A stretch of 63,542 nt of DNA, the filler included, from Kipferlia bialata (lineage: Eukaryota): the NCBI GenBank assembly GCA_003568945.1. It is 5 parts of 5 records of this genome, joined end to end, with 100 filler letters (N's around TTAATTAATTAA, not from the genome) between each part and the next. Parts side by side here need not be neighbours in the genome. Positions count along the whole stretch, not along the records: positions 42,429 to 59,377 come from BDIP01000558.1; positions 59,478 to 63,542 come from BDIP01000632.1; 3 more parts are not named here. One strand, 5' to 3'. The position numbers and the translations under genes were made by a program. How positions within the stretch are numbered: the stretch's first letter is position 1; the number at the start of each line of letters is the position of its first letter. Under the pieces are notes generated by a model. It was not told the DNA's origin. It ran no database searches and was given only the letters and a program-made list of their open reading frames with translations. This document shows, one piece after another, positions 52,194-63,542 of this stretch.

Positions 52194-54680
52194 TCATGTG
52201 TTGCAGTCCGGATTGAGCTTGAGAGTGATGCCCCTGGGGTGAAGGGGAATAAATATGTCATGTAAATTTAGGGTATGGGTACTACTACCAATTCACTATA
52301 CATACCTCTTCTTGAGCGTCTTGATGGATCTCTTTGGGTCCACTCTCTCTCTCCCATATGTTATTGTTATATATACATTTACACACATATATATCATAGA
52401 GTAGACCATGCATATAATACCTCTTCTTGAGTGTCTTGATTGATCTCTTGGGGTCCACCCTGCTCTGCTTCTTCCGCAGCACAAGGGCAACGTAACTGAC
52501 ATTAGTGTATACGTATGTAGTACAGTGCATATACAAGTATACAAATATACTGCACTATATACTTTGCTCTGCTTCTTCCTGAGGACAAGGGCTACATACC
52601 TATTATGAGAAAGAACATGTATATATATGTGTGTGTATGTGTGAACTCTAATCACTATAATACGCTGCTCTGCTTCTTCCTCAGCACAAGGGTCACGTAA
52701 CTAATGCGAGAAAGAGAATACATTAATACGTCATGTAATACACAATACACCATTCATACTATTAATCACACTACTCTTAATGGTCGCTCACCCTGTCAGG
52801 ACCAGTATGCCCGAGATTCCGCATTCGAGCACCAACACTGGGGGTGAGTGACAATTGAATAGAAGAAGTTATTGAGAGAGGGATGTATCACTCACGCACT
52901 AGAACTTGGTGTGAGAAATACAATATCGAGATACATCCTCTATATACAGAACAACACACGAGTATCCATGCCAGCCAGGGTGTATATACACATATGCAAG
53001 TATATACTACTAGTATAGCATATATATACCATGTATATGTATGCTCACACTCCTATATACCTGTGTTCTCCTTCCTCTTGAGTATCCATGCCAGCCAGGG
53101 TGTATATACAAATATGCAAGAATGTACTAAGTATGGCGTATATTTACCATGTTCATGTATGTGTAAACTCCCATATACCTGTGTTCTCCTTCCTCTTGAG
53201 TATCCATGCCAGCCAGGGTGTGTTGAGCAGGGTGCGGTGCCGCTGTCTATCTGTGGCTATGACTAGTGTTAAACCTATATTGGTATATAGAAGCAGTCTA
53301 ATTGAAGAAACTGGAACCCTTCCTTCTGAGATAACTGGCTAGAATAGTATTGCCATTTCTCCATTATTAGGTAAATATACACTCACCTCTGAAACTGCTG
53401 AGTGCCGATCTGGATGGGAAGAGGTTGCCAGGGAAGTAGGGGTCCAGGACCTTCGCATTAGCATCGTTGAAGACATATATACATATACATACATATAGTA
53501 TGTAATCATTACATATAAATATATCATACAATTATGTGATATATAGAGTATGTTTATATAGATACCAAGGCCAGGGAAGTAGGGGTCCAGGACCTAAATG
53601 TAAGAGACATAGGCAAATACATACTCAATACTTCTATACTCATACTCATATGATATAGGGTATATAATATATACTATATATAACACAAGGGAAGTAGGGG
53701 TCCAGGACATATTGGTGAGAAGGATGGACACATTGAGATTCTGGAAACATATATGAGGGAGTTGAACGGATGCTAAGTGCAGAGTACATTAACAGTAGAT
53801 ATGCAGAATTCATACATTCATCTATACATACCTTTGTAGCAGGGAGTCCACAAATACGGACCAGCTCATCTGTCCTACGGTTAGAAAGGAATGAATAGGA
53901 ATCTTGTTACAAATATATAGAGAGAGTAAGAAGTATGGAGCGACGGTGAGAAAAGAAACAATTGAAGAGTGTATACATAGGTCATGACAATACCTCTCTG
54001 TTGGGAATGAGATGCCGTCTATCTATATCTATAGGGTATTTCAACAATATATACTATATACAAATATTGATATATATATATATATGCCCTTCATATATAT
54101 ATGACTATATACCTCTCTGTTGGGAATGAGATGCCGTCTATAGGCAGAGTTGGCTCGCCAAAGAGGATCTTGCAGTCGGAAGGAACATCTGAAGATGAGA
54201 GAGCATCCTTGGATGATATAGAAAGTTAAAGTGTATATTAGCAAGAGCTAATTAGGTACCTGGCCACATGTTGGAGATTGATCCAGCCAGTACTGTAGAG
54301 GAAGAAATCATAATATGTAGCATATATACACATATATACAAGTATAAATATATATATATATATCTGGCCACATGTTGGATACTGCTGATCCAGCCAATAG
54401 TAATATGTGAAACTAAGTATAAATAGTAGACGGAAATTCTATGTATTATATATAGACAGATGATAATGTACGATTATACCTGGCCACATGTTGGAGACCG
54501 CTGATCCGGCCAGTGCCCCACAGGCAATGACAAAGCGGCCTGGTGTTAGTCTAACATACAAGGTATCAGATACAACCGCCAACATGATAATGTGTAGAGC
54601 AGTACCTAGGTGTTTGAGCAAAGTATTTGGGTAGTTTAAATCAGTACCATCCAGAAATCAGTATATATATGTATATGTAA

Positions 54681-54711
<31 letters not shown>

Positions 54712-57700
54712 CCAGTACCTGGATGCTTGAGCAGTGTGAGAGCGGCGAGTCTGAGAGCCGATATCCTGGGGGTTAGAGAACACTGTAACGTATAACGAAT
54801 ACGTGGTATATACGGTTACAGCTTGGTTCATACCAAACATACCAAACTGTGACCACCCCTGCTCTGTCAAGTGTATATGTAGAATGTACATATATGGATA
54901 TATATCATTTCCTAATATATATACAATAACTAATTGTGTATCAATCGATATACCTTGCTGTGACCACCCCTGCTCTGTCAAGTGTATATATGTTTGTGAG
55001 TGATAATACATATCATACACTTAACAATTATACACATATACACATATACATATAACTAGTCTGGCATAGGGATACCTTGCTGTGACCACCCCCGCTCTGT
55101 CTGTGGGCTTGGTGGTGTTGAAGAGCTGGGGTGAGAGGACAGTAAGGCTTCGTAGAAGATATAACTACATAGTATATAACTGAATATTACAATCTGTTCT
55201 GTCCGTGGGCTTGGTTGTGTTAAAGAGCTGGGGTGAGAGTACATTATGAAAGGCAGGGATACATATATATACCCGTCATAACACAAAGAATGTCTCTATA
55301 TGCAGCATGAACCTGGAAGGAGTGTATCATCAAAATCTCTCTAGATTCTCTTTAGATTCTCTTTAGATTCTATGTAATTCAATACCTGGAAGGAGTGTAT
55401 CATGCGAACCAGGATACGTCCAAACAGGCCAGTCCTCTTCATGCCCTAGGGGTAAGACAATCTCATTATTGTGTATACACAAGTATATTAGTATTTATCC
55501 CAAAACTACTTGTGACGACCAAACACACCTGTCCTCTTCATACCCTAGGGTGAGATACATACGTATATTGTCAAGGAATATCCATTTGAATATGAATATT
55601 AACAACTATACATATACTACACGTACACTCTATATAACAATACTAACTATATAGTAACCAATACACCTTGTGGGTGCCGAATCTACATACACACACACGT
55701 ATATATATACCAATTATATAAATGAATCAATTATAACATATATACAACGTAGTATATACAACACTCTTGTACATACCTTGTGGATGCCGAATCTCAGCCC
55801 AAGGATGTCGCTGAAGATTTCCTCTCCAGCAAAGATGAGACCTGAAGTAAGACAGGATACACACAAGCAAGGTTGTCCTCAATTCTCTCAACACCCAAAG
55901 GCATACTATATCACACTAGATAACACTGATATATATATATATATGTAAGACCTATGGTCAGACAGCCTCATTTCCGTAAAGTAGAGGCAACAATACTATA
56001 TGACACTCACCCGTGTCCTCTAGTTCTTAAGAAAGTCTGATGACACCCCCACTGGCACTAACCCAGTACTGAAGCTCTGCATATACTACCTATATCCCTA
56101 TAATTATATATATGTATACATACACATATACCTGTATCCTCCAATTCTTGAGGGAGTCTGATGACACCCCCACTGGCACTCTCCCAGTGGGGTGCTATCA
56201 AGGCAACAGCCATGCCCCGAGAGGATATCTCAAGGGCAAGGAGGGCTACTTGCCTATTGTTATACAAATATGATATCCATACGTATATACACATATATAA
56301 ATATATAGAGAGAGAAGGAGCAGTGCCACGGAAAGGAATCTGTTGGGCAAGGAGGGCTACCTGCCTAGGCTGAGATACTTGAGAGAGAGAGAACTACTGA
56401 GTAGTAAAGAATTGCATACAAATAGCTCACAAACTGATGACGCTTCTGACCCCTTTCAAATGGTTAATGCCCATAATTGCATACACAGTAAATGCACACA
56501 ATTGTAAACACATACCTTGTGACAAGTTCTGTCACAATGGTGACATCGGGCACAACAAGAATGGCGCCTGGGGGGTTAGATGTCGGAAGTTACTTTGCTA
56601 AAGGTCGTGGCGTAGATATGTACAGTATACATATATGTACAGTATACATTTACCTGGTACACTGCCGTATAGATCTCCATTCAGTGTGTTGATGTCCGCA
56701 TACCCAGATACATTCATGAATACATACACACACACACACACACACACAATAATATAAATATATGCATATGCATATATATATGCATATACATGTGCATATA
56801 TGAGTACCTGGTGCACTGCCGTATAAGTCCCCATTGAGTGTGTTGATGTCCCTCCTCTCCCCATCTCCATTCATGTTGGTGGGAGGGGGAGGGGGGAACA
56901 GGAGGGACAGAGCTATCCTAACGGGTCAGGAGGGACACAATTTCACCATGAAACCAAACAACATACTGTATGATATCCTTGGAATATATCTTCATTACCT
57001 AGCTGAGGAAGAGAGAGAGCGCAGGGGGACACCGAATGCCGACACAGTGAGTGAGTGTCTCTGACTGTTGTCCTGGGCAAGCTTGGTGATGCAGGAGCCC
57101 AGCAGACCTATCGCGTAAGAAATGGACATTATCGTGTAGTATTAGTATCCACTCTTACCCTTGTCGATCATGGCCACTGAGGCTATGAGGCGCTCATAGC
57201 CTCTGGTCCTGTCTCTCTCTCTCTCCCCCTCTCCAGAGATTGATGAGTACGAACCAGCAAACACACTCTCTGCCTCTCTCTCTCTCTCCCTCTCTCTCTC
57301 CCTCTCTAGGTCTAGGCCAGGAGCATTGAACTGGGCTAACCACAGACCAACCTGGGACCTGAGACATTAGATACACTACACACACTATACCGCATCGTGT
57401 AGAATAGTATGGATCGCGTAATTATTACCTGATGAGACAGAGTGTGCATAGCACTTCCACTGCCATGTCGAGGTCAGTCTCCAGATAGGCACAGGCCTCA
57501 CTCCTGGGTGTGAAAGACATAGGTGATACAATATATATATAGAGATTACTAATATACAGATATTGCATTTTAGGAAAGTACCTTCCAGCGAGTATGACCC
57601 TGGTCACCCTCTCTCTCCCTGCCTCTCCCTTGCTGAGCCACCCGGTCAGCGTGTACTCTCTCTCCTTCTCGTTAGAAGACACATTTCACTGAATGTATTA

Positions 57701-59200
57701 CAATAGAAATGTAGTTCAACACAGTTATACTGTAGAGTGTATATAGGTTTAGAGAGAAAGGGGAATGTATATCTAGAGAGAGAAAGAGACAGAGAGAGAG
57801 AGAGAGATGTACATACCCTGTGTCTGAGGCAGGCGGCCAGCAGTGACTCCTGGAACGTCTCTACCTGGGTATAAGACATACGTTAACACACCGCTCACCG
57901 TACACCAAACGACCATACCTTGGTGGTGTTGGGAGACACTCTAACAAGTGCTGATGTGTGGGGTGGCATATCTAGAAGGACACCCCCTATGGCCAGCTCC
58001 TCGTTGTATATGCGGCACTCCCAGGCAGAGGGCAGCCTGGAGGTAAGCGGTTATACACAAATCTACATGATATATATGCGGTACTTGCAGGCAGAGGGGA
58101 GCCTGAAGTTAAGCGGTTATATACAGTCCTACACGATACTATGGATGCCTTATCTTACCTAGGACGTAGACCCTTGTCGCTGTTACTGGCTGCATCTACC
58201 ACTGTGAGAGAAGAGCACTCCCCATACACATCGCAGCCCCTGGTCTCCCTCTCTCTCTCAGCCTCGCTCTCTCTCTCATACCACGTTGAGTGTGACGTTG
58301 AGACGTCAGTTCTCGAGCGTCTGGACGTCCGCACGTCCGAAACGCTGCTCTCTGGGCTGTAATGTGACCTCTCTCTCTTTGCCTCCCTGCCTCTGGATGT
58401 GAGAATGGGCTTGCACAGTGAATACACAATGTATATTGTAATACGAAAATCATAGTGATAGCTTAATGGCTATTGGATAGATACATAACACATACCTATA
58501 AGCCATCCCAGGTATAAATGATCTCTATACACATGTATATGCATGGCCAGATAGATGGAGATATCTATCTGTTACAATTCATAATGCATTACCTAGTAGC
58601 CCCAGGTGGAACATATAGTATATAGTAATTATTAACAAAACTTTTGGCTAGAAACAAGACCCATACCTACTAGTCACCCCAGGTGGGCTGAGGGGACTAG
58701 GTCTCGAGGTATAGCCTGCAGAGGGAGAGACTGGACTGGAGCGGCTCTTGAGTGGAGAGAGGGGAGATGGTGCATTTGTTCTGGTGCTAGAGGAGCTAGA
58801 GGTGCGGTAGCCTCCACGCATCTGTGGACTATAGGGACTGCGGACTCCAGTAGAGGTCCTGTCTCTATCCCTCTCTCTCTCCCTCTCGATTCCAGTGTCT
58901 CTCTCCCCCTCTGTGGGTAGAGGTGCCGCAAGAGAGGCCTGAGGGTAAGGCGTTACAAGTGTCATATGGAACTAGTACATAAGAAGAAATGATGACATGA
59001 CATCATAGGGTATTGCAATTATCTATATAAAGCAAAAGGACATACCTGTGATATCACCACTAGCTTTGTGCTCTGCTTGGATCTGCTGTTCAGCAGCACT
59101 ATGTTGTCGAGACCGCCAATGCGATAGACACCTAGGATTAGAGAATACTGAGGTAAATCCCAATAAAGATACGGATATTTGCATATATACTGGAAGGCCT
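52194..59200 (-). CDS. Large many-exon protein, 5' truncated; Ser/Pro-rich region and a possible degenerate Sir2-like C-terminal domain
   Basis: Chain of GT-AG exons (GVYRIGGLDNIVLLN..., LPSAWECRIYNEELAIGG..., GLIFAGEEIFSDILG..., PGRFVIACGALAGSAVS..., VLVLECGISG..., GITLKLNPDCNT*). Some junctions are unresolved. Confidence 0.55.
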
Positions 59201-59377
59201 GTGACCTGTACCCGCATCGGTTGAGCCGTACCCCACCGTATCCCCTCTCGCCACTAATACAAACACACACTAATATATATTTTAATATGACACATATACT
59301 AACTATCGTACCGGCGTCGTCTGACCGATACCCCACCCCCCCCCCCCCCCCCCCCCCCCCCAACAAATAAAAAAAAA

Positions 59378-59478
59378 NNNNNNNNNNNNNNNNNNNNNNN
59401 NNNNNNNNNNNNNNNNNNNNNTTAATTAATTAANNNNNNNNNNNNNNNNNNNNNNNNNNNNNNNNNNNNNNNNNNNNC
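59378..59478. other. Artificial contig-join linker
   Basis: N-TTAATTAATTAA-N. Confidence 0.95.
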
Positions 59479-59627
59479 CGACCAGGGCGGGGGGGGGAGG
59501 GGGGGGGGGGGGGGGGGGGGGGGGGAGTAAAGAAAACACATCCACTGTACTCGATAATCTGCGCTGGCATGAGTACACTTACAGAGTCCATGATTCACGA
59601 AAATAGTATACATTGCATGATAACACA

Positions 59628-62600
59628 CCTGGCAGCATCTCCGCTATCTGGAAGGGCACTGCCACCGGGGATGGGTTGGACAGGGTCAGGCTGCGTTCAT
59701 GGAAGACCTGTAAGTAAGAGAGGTACGCTACCAAGGATACATCATAGAGAGAGAGAGAGAGAGAGACTATGACCAAACCTCATAGGGCAGCAGACCGAAG
59801 TCTATGCTGCTGTCTAGGACATTGAGCACGGGTCTGATGGCATCGAGGGAGATGTCAACAGGGCCCACAACCCTGCCCGTTGTACGTACGGTATCGGCAG
59901 AGGGTAGAGACTCTGCTGGGGGCACGGCGAGCAAGGTGCTCCCCTTCCGCTTACTCTGTGCGAGGGCTGGCTTGGCACCTGTGCCATTACCAGGTATCAC
60001 TGTCACACCCCTCCTAGTAGATGCACTAGAGGCAGGGGGCTTGGTCTGGTCCAAGATGGGCAGGGGGGTGCGGGTGACAGGGGGCAGGGCCACATACACT
60101 GTGCATGGTACGGTCTGGGACCCAGGTTGGGAGGCATTGACTAGGAGGGGGAGGGTCACAGTCCCATTGGCTGGTACAAACACTGGGTCTGAGCTGATGG
60201 CAACTCCAGTCTTGGTGGGGGAGGGGTCAACAAGGGCAACAACAGGCACACTCTGGAGTGAGGGGATAGAGCGGAAATAATCAATAGAGAGAGAAGGGGA
60301 GGGGGTGAAGTGTGTGGGGAATGTTACTAACCTCGTTGTTGGTGACTGAGCACTGCACCAGCCTCTGTGCCCCAACCACTACCTCCCCGGCATGCAGATA
60401 GTCAGGCAGGGAGAGGGAGTGGCTAGGGGGGGTGAAGGAGAGACGCAGGGACACGCGCAGAACCTCTGTGGTATGTGGGCTGTTGGGGTGTGCTATGGCT
60501 ATGGACAGGGAGGCAGTGACAGGGACAGTTGGGTCAACCCCCTCCACAGGCAGCACTCTCAGTAGAGAGAGTGGCATTGGGTCAGCTATGTCATTGGTCA
60601 GCGTCACGGCCACCTCAGTGACACCCGCCCTGTCTGCGCTCTGCTGGTTCCTCTCCCTCTCCCTCTCCCTCACCTCCTCCATCTTGCGCTGGGTGCCAAA
60701 GGACCTCTTCTTCTTCTTCTTCCCCTTGGCGTTCTCTCTCTCCCTCTGCGCCTCTCTCTCCCTCACTGTGTTGACAAGCACACACCCAGCGGGGAGAGAG
60801 ACAGCTGACACCACCAGGGGCACCCCGTCCTCCCCCGCCCCCACTGCCCCTAGCATCACACCCACAGACTGGGGTGTCAGCAGGGAGAGAGGTGGTACAT
60901 CTAGCAGGATGTCCTGCACCCCTTCACCCAGTGCATCGATGGGTGCACAGGGTAGGATGGCCTGGGGCTCAAGGTCACCCTCAGTGTCTGACCCAAACAT
61001 GGTGTCACCCCCTAGGCCACCTAGACTGGACCGGGCAGAGTGGCCCTCATTCTCAAAGGCATCCTGGTGGTTAAAGGGTTCAGTGTGGAGAGCGAGAGAG
61101 AGAGATAGAGATAGCACCCACCTCAAATGCGCCCAATGGCACTGAGACCCTGCCTGGGAACTCGACCTGTCTGTCCCCTAATGTGACACCACACACACCC
61201 AGGGTGGCATCGGCAAAGCGGTAGCCCTCGTCCTCGCCTGAGGGGTGAGGTATCACTAGGATTGGTTATATACATAACTGACTGCACCTCTAAGTATATA
61301 GGAACAGAATGTAGTATATATATGTATGGGTATATACAATACTGATACCCTACCTGCGTCTGCCTCGCAGTCTGAGGATGGGGGTGCATTGGATGCCACC
61401 ACCTTAACCAGTGCCCTGGCCACACTGCCATCGGGGGCAGCAGTGCGGATCTGAGGGGTTAATGTCATATATAGTATAGTGTCATCACTACAATACGGAT
61501 AAGAGTGATACCTCGACATGTCCGACAAAGGCCTCTCCGTTGAGAGACCCCAGGTTAGCCTTGAACATGACACGGAATCTGAGGGGTCAGGGAAGGTGGG
61601 GGGGGTATATGTACAATGAATATATACACTAACCTAGCCCTGAGTCCCGGTGCCACCACCGCTGGCCCTGGGACCACCTCCACTGCCAACTGGGGTGCAG
61701 GGGGAGGCAGGATGAGGGCACGCCTGCCCACCTTGTCCATGTTGATGAGAGACAGCTCGGTGGTCAGGACCTCTCCTGAGGAGTGAGACCGAGAGAGAGG
61801 GAGAGAGACAGAGAGAGATTGAATATCGAGATGCCTCTGCTACTTGGTTACCGATACGCCGCATCAAGAGGAGAGATAGAGAGTGGGCAAAGGTACCTGC
61901 GTGATACCCACTGAAGTTGAGCACCGGGGGGTCTATCCTGAAGCACCCGCACATGTCACTGTCCTCATCTGTCATGGGTGTTGCTGCACGACGCAGGTTG
62001 CCAAGGTCAGCAGCACGAGGGGGGGACCTGGGGTGGGATGAGTTTGGTGGGATGAGAATAGGAACAGATAGACTATAATTGTAACAACCGAGAGGGACGT
62101 AGATGGGATGGGGGGGGGGGGCAGTATATACAATGTCGTAAACACCCCAGTACGAGGAATACCCATCCTGAATGGAGCATATACTAATACACATACAAAT
62201 GCCCCTACCTATTCCTGGGGTTCAGTAGGAACTGCGTCCTGCCCAGCATCCTGGTGGCCAACTTCTTCTCAGTCACTAGGTGCCTGGGCTCAGCGGGGCT
62301 GTGCATCCTCCGTGGCATCTGGGAGGGCTCGGTGGTGCCCTGGCATCAGAGAGATTAGCATAGAAAGAGAGAGAGGGGGGGGGGGGGATAGGGTAAAATG
62401 TACTGAGCGCTATGCACGTGATGGGGCAGAGTGAGCATTATCAAAGTGTATATATCCGATTACCACACTCACCTGGGAGTGCAGGGTCTTGGTCTGCGAG
62501 AACACAGCAGGCAGCTGGGGCGGCCTCTGCATCGTTCGCCGCTGTGCCTTCCTCTCCCTCACCCTCTGCGCCTGTCTCTCCCTGGACTCCTCTGTCCGTC

Positions 62601-62730
62601 TTGGCTGGGGGTGCTGCCACACCTCCTCTCTCTCTGTGCTCATATCCCTCGTGGTACTCCGCCGGACAGTACTCACTGTACCTTGGTCAGACACAGGGGC
62701 TGCCGCAGCGCCCGATGGCGCCATCTCCAC
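59628..62730 (-). CDS. ASH (ASPM/SPD-2/Hydin, PapD-like) domain protein, CFAP74/DLEC1/hydin-like ciliary candidate; 3' truncated
   Basis: FRIDPPVLNFSGYHA|GEVLTTELSLIN...VVAPGLRAR|IRVMF; LPDYLHAGEVVVGAQRLVQCSVTNN; LDSSIDFGLLPYE. These match the 'P..LxFG.......LxLxN' pattern. Start codon uncertain. Confidence 0.55.
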
Positions 62731-63046
62731 ACACTACGCGTGCAAGAAGATGCACACCTAGGGGAGGGGCGGCAGTGTCGGTGTCTATTCACTCTGATAG
62801 CGGCTGGGGGTAGGTGTATATGAGAGCTGCACTAAACTTCAGGGCGGTCAGGGTTTTTGCTATTCGACCTACTAGTAAACCCTTTTGCGATTCTGACCAG
62901 CACTGTCTGAGCCACTCTCTTCCACACTGACTTGGCTGGTGACTCACCAGCTTGGGTATTGGACTAGTAAAAGTATTGTTGACACTCATACAGAGTCCCT
63001 GTTGCCGGTAGTCGCCGGGTTTGAGCTTCAGTGACCGTGTGTGAGC

Positions 63047-63355
63047 ATGGTGTTCTCCTGTATGTGTGGGGGTGATAAGCAGGAGAAGGCAGCAGCGGAG
63101 AGGAACAAGAAGGTCAACCAGTATCTCAGGTGGGTGATTCAGTGTGATACTGTAGTGCTGATGTGTTATGTTCTCCGCCTTCCTCTATCTCTCCGCACAC
63201 TGGGATTGGGACCACCAAGATTTCGAACACAGTACATTCTCTCTCTCTCTATGTCTCTACTTATCCCAAGGCAGCATATCAGAGAGGAGAGTGAGACTGT
63301 CAAGGTGCTACTTCTAGGACCAGGGGGCAGTGGCAAGTCCACAATCTTCAGACAG
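63047..63355 (+). CDS. Heterotrimeric G-protein alpha subunit, first two exons (continues beyond the window)
   Basis: MVFSCMCGGDKQEKAAAERNKKVNQYLR|QHIREESETVKVLLLGPGGSGKSTIFRQ|; intron 63130-63270; alphaN helix followed by the KxLLLGxGxSGKSTI G1 box. Confidence 0.88.
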
Positions 63356-63542
63356 GTAATGGGTGGTTGTTGTCTGATTGGAACAGTGTGCAATGGTTGA
63401 CGTGGTCAGACCGTGTGTTGTTATACGCTTGCTCTGGCTATAGTAGACGAGATGGTGATAATGGGAATCTTCTAGATACTGGGGTGTAGTGTAACCCCCC
63501 CCCCCCCCCCCCCCCCCCCCACCCCTCCCCCCCCCCCACATA

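Overview
Eukaryotic, intron-rich, microsatellite-rich DNA. The window is five separate contigs joined by artificial N-TTAATTAATTAA-N linkers (~17032-17111, 29057-29156, 42329-42428, 59378-59478), so adjacency across those joins is meaningless. Branch points fused to the 3' splice site (CTRACCCCAG), GAGAGAGAG-rich exons and kelch-like genes suggest a free-living fornicate/metamonad such as Kipferlia bialata (inference). Manual splicing gives these genes: two inverted paralogues of an unknown gene flanking a secreted RCC1 + ~11 CUB-like protein; an LRR protein; a multi-TM protein; a MUS81/ERCC4 nuclease head-to-head with a DHA2-type MFS transporter; a Crinkler-like PD-(D/E)xK nuclease-kinase; a RING-ARM E3 ligase; two kelch-like proteins; dihydropyrimidine dehydrogenase; a three-intron DD34E IS630/Tc1 transposase; a large protein with a possible degenerate sirtuin domain; an ASH-domain protein; and a G-alpha 5' end. 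The most striking unexplained structure is non-coding: many introns carry diverged 'echo' copies of the adjacent exon end with its splice site, and intergenic DNA carries chained palindromes with 1-nt centres. Together with a templated insertion in one gene, this points to a pervasive templated-repair or duplication process.
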